In this document: positions 20,001 through 31,797 of the stretch, piece after piece | Layout: each line of letters opens with the position of its first letter | Position numbering within the stretch: position 1 is the stretch's first letter | Assembly (NCBI GenBank): GCA_965223415.1 | Contig: OZ245002.1 | Coordinates: forward strand, 1,568,001-1,632,000 | Origin: Myxococcota bacterium | GTDB lineage: Bacteria > Myxococcota_A > UBA9160 > UBA6930 | Length of the DNA: 64,000 nt | Direction of reading: 5' to 3' | Notes under the pieces: generated by a model | Database searches by the model: none | Told to the model about the DNA's origin: nothing | What the model saw: the letters and a program-made list of their open reading frames with translations, nothing else | Translations under genes and position numbers: made by a program

Positions 20001-21199
20001 GGCGCCGCAGAGAGGAAGCGCGCGATCGCGTCGAAGGCGGCGAACGCCATCGCGCCGTGTTCGTCGGTCCAGGCCTCCGGCCAGCTGCTCGCCTTCGCGA
20101 TCACGAGGTCGTGTTCTGGATCCACGTAGATGAACTGTCCGTGCACGCCCTCGGCGGAGAAGGCGCCGGTGCCGATGGACCACCACTGGAACTGGTAGCC
20201 ATGCTCGGCGTAGGGCGTCTCCGCGCCCCAGCGGAGATGGGCCTCGCCCGGCACCGTCGCCCGGCGCACCCATCCCTCGGGGAGCAGCCGCTCTCCCTGC
20301 CAGACGCCGTCCTGGAGGAAGAGCAGACCCAGGCGCGCCTGGTCGCGCAGGGCCATGTTGAGGCAGCAGCCGCCCATCTCCATGCCGTCGCCGCCTTCGC
20401 GATCGAGCAGCCAGGCCGCGTCGTGCTCCATGCCGAGACGACTCCAGAGCTTCTCCTGCAGGTAGGAGGACGGGCTCCGGCCCGTCGCGCGCTGGACGAG
20501 CCAGGCGAGCACCTGGGTCTCGGCGGTGTTGTAGTTGAAGACGGTGCCGGGCTCGTGGGCGCGGGGGAAGTCGATGGCGCGCTCGTTCGCGGGCGTACGG
20601 TTCAGGAACATGGAGTCGCTCATGAAGTCGGCCACGTCGCTGCGCCCACCTGGGGTGTACACCTCGCTGAAGCGCACGCCCGAGGACATCTGCAACGCCT
20701 GGCCCACCGTCACGCCTTCGTAGCCGGTGCCCGCCACCTCCGGGAGGTAGCGATCGAGCGGGTCGTTCAGGCTCGCGATGTGGCCCTCGCCCAGGGCGAG
20801 GCCGACCAACGTCGAGGTGAACGACTTGGCCACGGACCAGGAGGTGAAGCGGGTGGTTTCGTCCGCGCCCAGGTCGTAGCGCTCGTAGACGATCTTTCCG
20901 CCGTGCACGACGACCAGGCCGGCGGTCTGGTTCTCGGTCCAGAACGTCTCGAAGTCGATGCGGCGACCGTCCAGCTCGAAGCGCAGCTCTTCCAGCGGAG
21001 CAGGCGCTCGCCCGAAGCCCGACACGGCGCCGCCGCGGCTGATCGTCCGGCTCGGGAAGAGCTCGGACATGTGCTGGAACATCCACGTCTGGTTCTCCTC
21101 CCACTGGCGCTGGCGCTCCAGGGCGAGGGGGACGCGGGCCAGGAAGCAGCCGGAGAGGAGGGCAGCGACCGGAAGCAGGGCGACGAGCGCTCGGAGCAT
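19997..21199 (-). CDS. Serine hydrolase (NylB/AmpC-like), probable lipoprotein
   Basis: SWSVAKS, FNYNT, YGYQW-like HGYQFQWW, GVHGQFIY. LSGC lipobox. Confidence 0.88.
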   Translation of the reverse strand: MLRALVALLPVAALLSGCFLARVPLALERQRQWEENQTWMFQHMSELFPSRTISRGGAVSGFGRAPAPLEELRFELDGRRIDFETFWTENQTAGLVVVHGGKIVYERYDLGADETTRFTSWSVAKSFTSTLVGLALGEGHIASLNDPLDRYLPEVAGTGYEGVTVGQALQMSSGVRFSEVYTPGGRSDVADFMSDSMFLNRTPANERAIDFPRAHEPGTVFNYNTAETQVLAWLVQRATGRSPSSYLQEKLWSRLGMEHDAAWLLDREGGDGMEMGGCCLNMALRDQARLGLLFLQDGVWQGERLLPEGWVRRATVPGEAHLRWGAETPYAEHGYQFQWWSIGTGAFSAEGVHGQFIYVDPEHDLVIAKASSWPEAWTDEHGAMAFAAFDAIARFLSAAP

Positions 21200-21286
21200 C
21201 GGAAAAGCCTAACCCGCATCGGCGGGAACGCTCGGCCGGAGGTAGCATGCGAGGCTCACCTTCCTGCCCAACACGGAAGCGAGGCC

Positions 21287-22537
21287 ATGCCCCGAGCATC
21301 CCTGTGGACGGCCGCACTCCTCGTCCTGGCCGCGTGCCACACGACAGGTCCGGAGGCGCCAGGCGAGATCGCCCGCGCGATCCACGAGCGCGTGCTGGTC
21401 CTCGACGCCCACGCGGACGTCGAGATCCCCGGGCAGCCCTCTCCGTATGTCGGCGCGGACGGTCTCTCCCAGGTCGCGCCGGCCAAGCTGCACGCGGGCG
21501 GGGTGGACGCCGTCGTCATGGCGGCCGCCGTCGGGCCCGGTCCGCGAACCGCGGAAGGCTACGCCGAAGCGCGAGCGACGGCGGATCGGGAAATCGCGGC
21601 CGTGCACGCCCTGGCCGAAGACCCGGAGAACCGGGCCGTCGTCGCCCGATCCGCCGATGAGCTGATCGTTGCGCACGCGCACCGCAAGGTGGCCCTGCTT
21701 CTAGGCTTCCAGAACGCCCGCATCCTGGGAGCCAACGTCTCCGCGCTGGACGAGCTCTACGCGGCCGGCGTCCGGGTCTTCGCCCTCACGCACATGGGCC
21801 ACAACGACTTCGCCGATTCCTCGCGCCCGCTCTTCGACGGAGCCACGGGCACCCACGAGCCGGAAGCGGAGCACGGCGGCCTCTCGGCCCTGGGCCGCGC
21901 CGCCATCGCGCGCATCAACGCGCTCGGCGGCCTCGTCGACGTGTCCCAGCTGTCGAAGCAGGCGACGTTGCAGGTCCTCGAGCTCTCGACCGCGCCGGTG
22001 ATCGCCAGCCACTCCAACGTGCGCGGCCTCACCGACGTCAGCCGCAACCTGAGCGACGAGGAGATCGATCGCATCGGGGAGACGGGAGGCGTGATCCACG
22101 TGGCCCCCTTTCGCGGCTATCTGTTCGATTCCTCGGACGAAGCCCTCGATGCAAGGATCCGCGCCGCGCGCAGGGCCGCCGGGGTCGAGGAGGACTACTA
22201 CTACCCCTTCGAGCTCTACTGGGAGATCGCCGACCCCGCGGCCCGCATGGCCTTCGTCGGCGCGATCAGCGAGCTGCTGGGCCCGGGCAGCGTCGACGCC
22301 ATGCTGAACCACCTGGATTACGTCGTCCGGCGCATCGGCGTCGACCACGTAGGTATCGGCACGGACTTCAACCACGGCAGCGGAGTGGCCGGGTTCGAGG
22401 ACGCTTCGAAGGCCCTGAACGTGACCGTCGGCTTGCTCGAGCGGGGCTACACCGAGGAAGAGATCGCGAAGATCTGGGGCGGGAACTTCCTCCGTGTCCT
22501 GCGCGCTGCGGAGCACCGACGGAGCGCCGGCGACTAG
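21287..22537 (+). CDS. Membrane dipeptidase (M19), probable lipoprotein
   Basis: LDAHAD, VDVSQ, IASHS, RNLSDE, HVGIGTDF, KIWGGNFLRV. LAAC lipobox. Confidence 0.9.
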   Translation: MPRASLWTAALLVLAACHTTGPEAPGEIARAIHERVLVLDAHADVEIPGQPSPYVGADGLSQVAPAKLHAGGVDAVVMAAAVGPGPRTAEGYAEARATADREIAAVHALAEDPENRAVVARSADELIVAHAHRKVALLLGFQNARILGANVSALDELYAAGVRVFALTHMGHNDFADSSRPLFDGATGTHEPEAEHGGLSALGRAAIARINALGGLVDVSQLSKQATLQVLELSTAPVIASHSNVRGLTDVSRNLSDEEIDRIGETGGVIHVAPFRGYLFDSSDEALDARIRAARRAAGVEEDYYYPFELYWEIADPAARMAFVGAISELLGPGSVDAMLNHLDYVVRRIGVDHVGIGTDFNHGSGVAGFEDASKALNVTVGLLERGYTEEEIAKIWGGNFLRVLRAAEHRRSAGD

Positions 22538-23040
22538 GGAAGCGGGGGCCGGTCGATCCCCAGGATCTCCCGTGTTCGCGCCACGATCTTGCCGCGGGCG
22601 AGGGCCAGGTGGACGGGAATCGAGACGAGCAGCACCCAGCTGACGACGACGTGCACACCGAGCGCCGCATCCTGGGCGGCCGCGGGAGCGCCGGGCTCCA
22701 GCCAGAGCAGCAGGCCGCTCGATGCCGCGAGCCCGGCTGCGAACAGGGTCGTCACCAGGTGGATCTTCTTCCATGTCAGGAGGGGGTCCGGCGGCCCGAG
22801 CCGGCGACGGAGATCGTCCAGCAACGCTGCGGGTGCGAGAGCTGGAATCAGCAGCAGCGAGGCCAGGTAGGCCCACCCGAAGCCGAGGTGCAGCTCCAGG
22901 ATCTGATGGCCGTAGCCGCCCACCAGCCAGCCGCGAGCCTCCGGGTACGAGATGAGCAGGCCCGTACCGAGGAGCGCGACGGTGGTGAGCGCATTGGCGG
23001 CGTGGAGGGCGCGACGGGCCGCGCGGAGGATGCCGCTCAA
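22534..23040 (-). CDS. Four-helix cytochrome b-like membrane protein
   Basis: Four hydrophobic helices with His residues (LHAAN, ELHLG, KIHLV, GVHVV, PVHL). Overlaps the upstream chaperone gene by 4 bp. Confidence 0.65.
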   Translation of the reverse strand: MSGILRAARRALHAANALTTVALLGTGLLISYPEARGWLVGGYGHQILELHLGFGWAYLASLLLIPALAPAALLDDLRRRLGPPDPLLTWKKIHLVTTLFAAGLAASSGLLLWLEPGAPAAAQDAALGVHVVVSWVLLVSIPVHLALARGKIVARTREILGIDRPPLP

Positions 23041-23669
23041 TCCCCGCGCGTCTCGACGAGCAGCGCGTTCAGGCTCCGGAAGAGCTCCGAGAAGAAGCGG
23101 GGAGGGCCGTTCGCCTCCATCACGCCGCGAACCTGTGGCACGAAGCGTCCCGGATGACGCGCGACGAAGTCGCGCCGTGCCCGCTGGTAGGCCCCGGCGT
23201 CGAGCCCGGCCTGGAGCGCCTCCGCCTCGCGGAACGTCAGGTAGTGCAGGAACTCGAGCTCGGCCACCAGGTGATCCGGCAGCTCATGACGCTCCGGGTC
23301 CAGGGAGAGACCGAAGTGGTGGTAGAAGCGCAGCACCTCTTCCATCGTCTTCATCCGGTCCTTCGCCCAGAGCCCTTCGTGTAGGGGGCAGGGCGGACCG
23401 GACGTCCCGACGTCGAAGAGGCGGGTGTACTCGACAGCGAGGTCGTCCCGTTCGAGACCGTCGCGCAGGGCGTCGACGTCCAGCGCGGGCACCACCAGCT
23501 CGCCGAGCGTCGCCGCCAGCGCCTCGGCCAGGCGGCCCTCCCGGATGTCCTCCAGCAACAGGCCTTCGGGGTAGCCGAGTGCCCCCGCGAGCAGGGCGAA
23601 GGCCCGGCTGCGCCGGGCGGCCCGCCGTTCGCCCTCGCCAGCCAGGCCTTCGAGGTGGCCGTCCATCAT
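23037..23669 (-). CDS. Molybdoenzyme maturation chaperone (TorD/NarJ/EbdD-like, delta subunit)
   Basis: EYTRLFDVG, PCPLHEG, RFYHHFGL, ELPDHLVAELEFLHYL. Confidence 0.9.
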   Translation of the reverse strand: MMDGHLEGLAGEGERRAARRSRAFALLAGALGYPEGLLLEDIREGRLAEALAATLGELVVPALDVDALRDGLERDDLAVEYTRLFDVGTSGPPCPLHEGLWAKDRMKTMEEVLRFYHHFGLSLDPERHELPDHLVAELEFLHYLTFREAEALQAGLDAGAYQRARRDFVARHPGRFVPQVRGVMEANGPPRFFSELFRSLNALLVETRGD

Positions 23670-26538
23670 GCGAGGACCACGTCGACCCGGGTGTCGCGAT
23701 CCGTGTGGCTCGGCTGCATGGCGATCCCCATCGGCCGCATGTGGAACTGTCCGCCTGCCAGCTCGACCGGGTTGAGTGGCGAGGGGATCAGGTTCTGGAA
23801 GCCCTTCTGGCCCTTGAACTGGAAGTTCTCCCAGGCGTGGTAGACGATCACCTCGCCCGGCCGCACCGACGGCGCCACTTTGGCGATGATCTCGAAGGCG
23901 TCGAGATCGTTGAACACCTTCACGCGATCGCCGTCCGCGATGCCGCGCGCCTCGGCGTCTTCGGCACTCATCCACATGGCGGGCTCTCCGCGCTGGAGCT
24001 GGAGCATGAGCTTGTCGTCACGCCACGCCGAGTGGATGCTCCAGCGGGTGTGGCCCCCACTGAGGATCAGCGGATGGTTGCCGCCCGCCATCGGCGGCTC
24101 CTTGTGCGTCGGGAGCTGCTCGCCCAGCTCCACGTAGAGCTCCTGGTCGAGATGGAACTGCATCCGGCGCGAGAGGGTCGGATATGGCTTCTTGTCCACG
24201 ACGTGGTAGGTGAGCGGGGTGATCGTGTCGTCGGGCGGCACGTCGGCCTGGGTGCCGATCGAGCCCAGGCTGTTGCCGAGGCTGGTGAAGCGCGCCCAGC
24301 CCTTCTTCTTGAGCGCGTCCCAGGAAACGCCTTCCAGGTTGGTGGACTGCTCGATGATCCGGGCCGCCACCTTCTCGTCGTCGGTGTGGCCGTAGGTTCC
24401 GCCGGAGGAGAAGGATTCGTAGAGGCCCTCGAAGGAACGGGGGAGGCCGTTGCGATCCTCGAAGTTCGTGACGCCTCGCGCAGCAGCGGCCTTGTCCACC
24501 GCCTCGGCGAGGCGCGAGAAGATCTCCCAGTCGGACTTGGCTTCGTAGAAGCTCGTCGCCTTCTCGCCCGCGTGGATGAACGGCATCAGCGGCGTCACCC
24601 ACTTGTGCTCGCTCCGCTCGTACCAGGCGGCGGCCGGCAGCACGAAGTCCGACCAGAGCCCGGTGGACGTCATCCGCCAGTCGATCGTGACCATGGTCCG
24701 CAGCTTCGGCCAGAGGTGCTCGAGCACCAGCGGGTAGCTTCGGATGCGCCGTAGCGGGTTGCTGACGAGCGAGAACATCACCCGAGGGTCGTTGCCGGGC
24801 TTGGGCCAGACGTACTGCCAACCCTTGTCGAGGGATTCCTGGAGAACTTCCTTGATCGGCCGCTTCAGGTGGGGATCCCACTCCTGGAGCCGCTCGCTCG
24901 CATGGATCAGGCCACCGTGGATGTACCAGAACATGGCACCGGAGGTCTGGTTGCCCGATTCGAAGCTCGCCCGGCTCTGCTCGTAGACGATCATCTCGTC
25001 GGTGAAGCCTTTGAGCTTGAGGCGCGCCTCGTCGACCAGGCGCATGGAGCCCACCAACGCCTGGATCGGACGACCCATGGCCTCGATGATGAAACTCTCG
25101 AGGCCGTCCTGGGTGAGGAAGGGGAAGCCGACGAAGCCGCTGCCCTTCTTGCCGTAGTTGCCCGTGAGGGCGTAGACCAGCGCCTGGGTCCGCTCGGTGA
25201 GGTTGCCGTGGTAGGCCTTGCTGAAGTTGCTGGTGGTGACCATGCACGCCGACTTCGCCTCGGCGAAGCGGCGGGCCAGCTCCCGGATCATCCCGGGAGG
25301 CGTTCCGCACAGCTTCGAAGCCTCCTCGGGCCCGTAGCTCGCCAGATGCTCGCGCAACCGCGCGTAGACGGTTCGCACCGCGACGCGCTTGCCATCGTGG
25401 AGGGTCACCTCGCTCGCGCCTTCCAGCTCCGGCCGGAGATCGCCGAGCTCGAGGGTGCGGCGCGGCGCCGGCACGGCCCCGCGCTCGGTGTCGAGGAGGT
25501 AGAGCTCCTCCTCGTCCCCACCCCGCTCCATGTCCGAGCCCCGCAGGAAGAGCCCTGTGTCCTCACGCACGAGCAGGGGGAGATCGGTCTGCTCGGTGAC
25601 GAACTCCCGATCGACGAGACCGTCTTCCACCAGCACCTGGCAGATCCCGAGCCCCAGTGCCGCATCGCCCCCCGGCTTCACGGGAACCCACAGGTCCGCA
25701 TGGATCGAGGAGGGATTGAAGTCCGGCGTGATGCAGACGATCTGGGCGCCGTTGTAGCGGGCCTCGGTCAGGAAGTGGGCGTTGGGGATCTGGGTGTAGT
25801 AGGGGTTCGACCCCCAGCAGACGATCATGTCCGAGAAGAAGTAGTCGTCGGCCGAGCGCTCGAAGAGGATCTTGCCGAAGGTCTCCCCGACGCCCCGGTG
25901 CCCGTCGCCGATCTCGGTGTTCATGTCGAGGCTGGTGGAATCGAGCAGGACCGCGAGCCGCGCCTGCCCCGCGGTCTGGGTGCCCGTGGTGATGCCCGGG
26001 CCCTGGTCCCAGATGATCCGGTCGGTTCCCTCCTCGACGACGGTCGTGACCATCGACTCGGCGATCTCGCCCAGGGCCTCGTCCCAGGAGACCCGCTTCC
26101 AGCGGCCCGAGCCCCGCTCGCCGGCGCGCTTCAGCGGGTAGCGGACGCGGGCCGGATCGTACATGCGCTCGCTGAAGCACGCGCCCTTCTGGCAGCCCCG
26201 CGGATTGAAGTCCGGGACGTCCGGGCGGATCTGCGGGTAGTCCGCTGCCTGCTCCTCCCGCCACACGAGGCCGTCCTTGACGTAGACGTTCCAGGCACAG
26301 TGAGCCTGGTACCAGCAGTTCACCCAGTGGCTACTGCGCACGACCTTGTCCCACGCCCAGCGCTCGCGGTAGACGTCCCGCCAATCGCCGTACTCCGGCG
26401 GTGCGGGCACTCCCTCGGGCAGCATCTCGGGCGGCGCCTCCTCCCGGCAGCTCAGGCTGCCGAGCCCGAGGGTGAGGGTGGCCCCGCCGGCCAGAGCGGC
26501 CTGCAGGAACTCACGGCGGTCGAGGAAGAGGTCGCGGC

Positions 26539-26542
<4 letters not shown>
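23666..26542 (-). CDS. DMSO reductase family type II alpha subunit, ethylbenzene/steroid C25 dehydrogenase-like
   Basis: Tat motif DRREFL. FS0 motif SHWVNCWYQAHC...NPRGCQKG. VWREEQAA. EIGD with probable Asp Mo ligand. HTRWSIHS C-terminal domain. Confidence 0.92.
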
Positions 26543-27563
<1,021 letters not shown>

Positions 27564-27567
<4 letters not shown>

Positions 27568-28241
27568 GCGCCGCTCCCGCCGGGCGGCAGCGCGTCGAGA
27601 TCGAGTGCCCGCCACTCGAAGCCCGAGACTGCCTTGATGCCGGCCCGCTCGCCGTTTCCGCCTTCCCACACCGCGACGCCGAAGCCGATGCTTCCGCCGG
27701 GGGAGAGCTGGACCACCGGTTCCGTTCCCTCCGACCGGAGGGCGCGTGCGATCACGACGTGCCAACGCCCGCTCTGCCAGGAGCCCCGGGCCCGGACCCG
27801 CTCGCCGCCCAGGGTGCGCGAGGTCCCGAGGCCCTCGGCGACGACGTCACGCCCACCTTCGCCGTCGGCCCGCCAGTACCATGCGTTCACCGCCTGGCCC
27901 GGCGCCCCCATCGTCACGAGCGGCGCTCCCTCGGCCACGGGGAACGCCACCGCCGCGGCGTCGGCGAAACGATCGTTGTCGTCCACGGTCCGGCTCTCGC
28001 TCGGGTCGGCCCACTCGAGGCGGAGCGCCAGGTGGCGACCCTCGTGGAGCGCGGCCAGGTCCACACCACCGACCGCGCCGATCGTCTTCCCGGCCCAGGC
28101 GGCGCGGATGGCGCCGGTGGGCTGGAGCCCGAGAGGTGTGCCTTCGAGCTTCAGGTGCTCGCGCGCCTGCTTCTTCCAGGCGCCGGCGTGTGGATCGAGC
28201 AGCTCCTCGATCCCGACCCCGGCCAGGTAGCTCGCCCGCAC
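27564..28241 (-). CDS. Heme b gamma subunit (EbdC-like)
   Basis: LRLEWADP, FADAAAVAFP, VTMG (Met ligand), VNAWYW, AVWEG.NGERAGIK (Lys ligand). GTG start after GAGGAGG. Confidence 0.88.
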
Positions 28242-28453
28242 CGCATCCTCCTCGGTGCCCCGTCCCGAGGCCTGCCAGGAACGTGCCACTCGAGCGGGCC
28301 GGTGCCGTCGCCCGACGTCACAGGCTGGGACTGCAGGGGGCAGACCGGCTTTCGCTGGGGCAGCGGGCCGCAGTCTGCAGAAGCTGCATCTTCGGGTGGG
28401 AACTCGCCAAGGAAACTGCGACAGTGGAATCGTGCCAGAGGGAGAGCGCGGCC

Positions 28454-29032
28454 ATGGACATCGATCCCGCGATCCGGACCCCGGAGGACGTCGAGGTCCT
28501 CATCTACTCCTACTACCGCGACGCGGAGATGCACGGGTCGAACCTGCTCCTGCGTCTGATGCGCGTACTCAAGGATCCACAGTCCCAGGTGAACCTCACC
28601 CGTCACCTGGCGGACGAGGCCCGCCACGCATGGATCTGGACGAGGCGGATCCGCGAGCTCGGCCGGGCGCCGATCTCGGTGAACGACGGCTACCAGGTTC
28701 GCATGGGCCGGCGGGCGGGCATGACCCGCGACCCGCTGAACCTCCTGGCGCTCACCTACGTCGCCGAGAACCGCGCCGTTGCCCGCTACGAGGAGCACCT
28801 GAAGCGGCCGGACGTCGCGGATGAGACCGGGGAGGTGCTACGGGTCGTGACCGGCGACGAGTTCTGGCACATCAAGTGGGTCCACGAGAAGGCCTTGGAG
28901 CTCGCGGAAGAGGCGGGCGGTAGGGAGCTCGCCGACCAGGCCATCGCGCGATACCAGGAGATCGACCGCGCGGTCCTGGCCGAGCTCGCCGAGTTCGAGG
29001 AGGCGCTCGAGAAGCGCGCGGCGGCGGCCTAG
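28454..29032 (+). CDS. Ferritin-like diiron protein
   Basis: E...DEARH and E...DEFWH paired ExxH motifs. GGAGAG RBS. Confidence 0.8.
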   Translation: MDIDPAIRTPEDVEVLIYSYYRDAEMHGSNLLLRLMRVLKDPQSQVNLTRHLADEARHAWIWTRRIRELGRAPISVNDGYQVRMGRRAGMTRDPLNLLALTYVAENRAVARYEEHLKRPDVADETGEVLRVVTGDEFWHIKWVHEKALELAEEAGGRELADQAIARYQEIDRAVLAELAEFEEALEKRAAAA

Positions 29033-29034
29033 GC

Positions 29035-30330
29035 CTAGCGGGTCTCGAAGTAGTCGAGCAGCGCGCCGCCCTCGCGCAGCTGCTCGCGGAGGATCTGGGG
29101 GTCGACGGCGCCCACGTCGCCGCCCTTCTCCAGCGCGAGCGCGGCCGCTCGCCCCGCGGCCTCGCCCACGGCCATGCAGGCCGGGATCTCCTTCGTCGCG
29201 TGGTGGACGCGGTGGTCGACCGAGATGATGCGCCCCGCGGCCAGGAGGTTGGTGCGCTCGCGGGGCAGAAGACAGCGATAGGGGATGGCGTAGACCGCGT
29301 CGTACTTGGTCCAGTGCCCGGTCACGCAGATGGCGTCCTCGGCCGGCAGGTCCATCTCATTCCGCGTGAGGACGTGCCGGCCCACCAGCCGGCGGCTCTC
29401 GGTGATGCCGAGCTGCGTGGCGATGTTGCAGAGGTGCGCGTTCCGCATCTCGGGCACGTTCTCTCGCAGCTGCTCGAACTCCTCCATCACCATGCGCCGG
29501 CACTCGACCTCGGCGAAGGTGAGGTCTCGGGGGTCGGTAGCGTCGATCTTGCGCTCGATGCGCGCCGCCGAGCCCCAGGGCAGGAGGAGCACGCCCTCGT
29601 TCGGCGTGCGGAACCAGCCGGGCCCCTTCATGGCGCCGGCCAGCACCGCGTCGACGTCGTTCACCCCGCCCACGCGGAACCAGAGCCAGGGGTGCACGCG
29701 CTCCAGCTCCGTCTCGCATCCCGCCGAGGCGAGCAGGTCGGCGTCCCCGGTCGCATCGATCACCACGTCGGCGAGGATCGCGTGGCGACCGGCCTTGGAC
29801 TGGAAGCACACGCCGCGGACGCGATCCCCTTCGACGAGGGAGTCGGCGCCCCACATGTGGAAGAGCAGCCGGACGCCCGCCTCCCGGACCAGCTCCGAGA
29901 GCACGAAGCGGAGCTGCTCCGGGTCGTAGGCGACCGCGTAGCGCACGCGATGATGGGCCTTCGCGCCGCCCCAGATGAGCCCCCAGCGGAAGTAGCGCGC
30001 CACCAGCTCCGGCTCGTCACTGCCCCACTCCGCCGGCGGCGGATGGAAGGCGTGCCCGTCCGCGACCATGCGGCGGGTGATCTCCTCGCAGAGCCCGCCG
30101 ATCACCGGCTGGCCGCGTCCGTCGTCGAGGGTCAGGAGCAGCGCGATCAGCCCGCCGGTAGCGAGCCCTCCGAGCGACCCGTAGCGCTCGACCAGGGTGA
30201 CCTCGGCTCCCGCGCGAGCGGCGGCCACGGCGGCGCAGACCCCCGCACTCCCGCCGCCGACCACCAGCACCTCGGTGCGGGCGAGCACGGGAGTGTCGCG
30301 TGCGGGCTCGTGGATCGTCTCGGTCGGCAC
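29035..30330 (-). CDS. FAD-dependent oxidoreductase
   Basis: VLVVGGGSAG, LGGLATGG, IDATGDAD, ESRRLVG, IPYRCLLP, AAGR, GEAAG. Confidence 0.88.
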   Translation of the reverse strand: MPTETIHEPARDTPVLARTEVLVVGGGSAGVCAAVAAARAGAEVTLVERYGSLGGLATGGLIALLLTLDDGRGQPVIGGLCEEITRRMVADGHAFHPPPAEWGSDEPELVARYFRWGLIWGGAKAHHRVRYAVAYDPEQLRFVLSELVREAGVRLLFHMWGADSLVEGDRVRGVCFQSKAGRHAILADVVIDATGDADLLASAGCETELERVHPWLWFRVGGVNDVDAVLAGAMKGPGWFRTPNEGVLLLPWGSAARIERKIDATDPRDLTFAEVECRRMVMEEFEQLRENVPEMRNAHLCNIATQLGITESRRLVGRHVLTRNEMDLPAEDAICVTGHWTKYDAVYAIPYRCLLPRERTNLLAAGRIISVDHRVHHATKEIPACMAVGEAAGRAAALALEKGGDVGAVDPQILREQLREGGALLDYFETR

Positions 30331-30741
30331 CCTGTGTTGCTAACCCCGTTCCAGGCGGACCGCAACGTGCGGCGAACACGGGTGAGGCCCGACGGCATCG
30401 TCTCCTGGCGCAGCGACCAGCATCCGGCGGCTTGGCTCAGCCAGGTGTGCGGAGCGTAGTTCGCGGCGACGGAAAGACGGCGATGGGCGCCGTCCTAGTG
30501 CGATCATCGCCGGCACCGCCCTGCACCCTGGTGAACCTGCGCGGCACCGGGGGCTGGACGCTTCGGGGCGTGGTGTGGGGCCTCGCGATCCTGGGCATCG
30601 CGCTTCAGGCGGCCCTCCCCCAGCTTGCCCAACGCCTTTCTCCTGCGTCCTCGGCTACGTGAACCCGGCGGTTCCGTGAGCGCCTGATCGCGCGAGACCC
30701 GGGCGGATCCGGGCGACAGGGCGCCGTATACTCGCGACCCC

Positions 30742-31797
30742 ATGTCCTGGCGCGTGCTCCAGTGGTCCACCGGAAACGTCGGGCGAGCCAGCCTGCGGGC
30801 CGTGCTCGCCCATCCCGAGCTGGAGCTGGCCGGCGTCTTCGCCCACGGCGCCGAGAAGAACGGAGTCGACGTGGGCGCGCTCCTGCGTCGGGACGACGTC
30901 GGCATCTCCGTCACGAACGACCTCGACGAGGCCCTGGCCCTCGATGTCGACTGCGTTCTCCACATGCCGCTGCCGTCCCAGCGCTACGGCGACGCCCCCG
31001 GCCGGGACCTGGACGACCTCTGCCGGTTGCTGAGCCGGGGCCGGAACGTCGTAACCACCGTCGGCTACGTCTACCCGCGCGCCTACGGAGACGACGTCGT
31101 CGAACGCCTCGAGGCCGCCTGCGCCGAGGGCGGCGTCTCCCTACACGGGACGGGAACCAACCCAGGCTGGCTGGCGGAGCTCCTGCCCCTCGTCCTGACG
31201 GGCCTCTCCGAACGCATCGACCGGATCCGCGTGCTCGAGTCGACGGACTTCTCGTTCTACCCGTCACGGGACGTCATCTTCGAAATGATGGGGCTCGGCA
31301 CCCCGCCCGAGCAGTTCGAGGCGAGCTCCGAGCGCTACGTCGACTGGCTCTCGGGGCTCTTCCGCGAGAGCTTGTGGATGCTGTCCGACGGCCTGGCCCT
31401 GGATCTCGAGGAGGAGACGCGCTCGGTCGAGCTGGTCGTCGCCGACGAGGCCTTCGAGATCGCGGCCGGTCGCGTCGAGGCGGGCACGATCGCGGCGCAG
31501 CGCTTCCGTTGGACGGGCAACCGGGACGGGAAGGAGCGCATCGTGCTCGAGGCCGTCTACCGGGCCAACGGAGAGGTCGCGCCGGAGTGGGCCGCGCCCG
31601 GCTGCAAGGTCGAGATCGAGGGACGCCCGCGCCTGAACCTGGACCTCGGCGAAGGCTGGGTCTCCAACGCGCTGGCGGCCACGGCCATGCACGCGGTGCA
31701 CGCTGTGGCCCCGGTCTGCCGGGCGGAGCCGGGCATCCGCACCTTTCTGGATCTGCCGCTGATCGTCGGGCGGCATGCCTTCCGCGGAGCGAAGTGA
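30742..31797 (+). CDS. Dihydrodipicolinate-reductase-like / 2,4-diaminopentanoate dehydrogenase family NAD(P) oxidoreductase
   Basis: RVLQWSTGNVG, GRNVVT, HGTGTNPGW, C-terminal AEPGIRTFLDLP. Confidence 0.82.
   Translation: MSWRVLQWSTGNVGRASLRAVLAHPELELAGVFAHGAEKNGVDVGALLRRDDVGISVTNDLDEALALDVDCVLHMPLPSQRYGDAPGRDLDDLCRLLSRGRNVVTTVGYVYPRAYGDDVVERLEAACAEGGVSLHGTGTNPGWLAELLPLVLTGLSERIDRIRVLESTDFSFYPSRDVIFEMMGLGTPPEQFEASSERYVDWLSGLFRESLWMLSDGLALDLEEETRSVELVVADEAFEIAAGRVEAGTIAAQRFRWTGNRDGKERIVLEAVYRANGEVAPEWAAPGCKVEIEGRPRLNLDLGEGWVSNALAATAMHAVHAVAPVCRAEPGIRTFLDLPLIVGRHAFRGAK

Noticed and set aside
19172..22537. Very long ORFs such as 1121 aa (19172), 1005 aa (38621), 914 aa (53742) and 770 aa (34634)
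   Set aside because: High-GC shadow or antisense frames, or upstream extensions of real genes. Low-complexity Arg/Gly/Ala composition.
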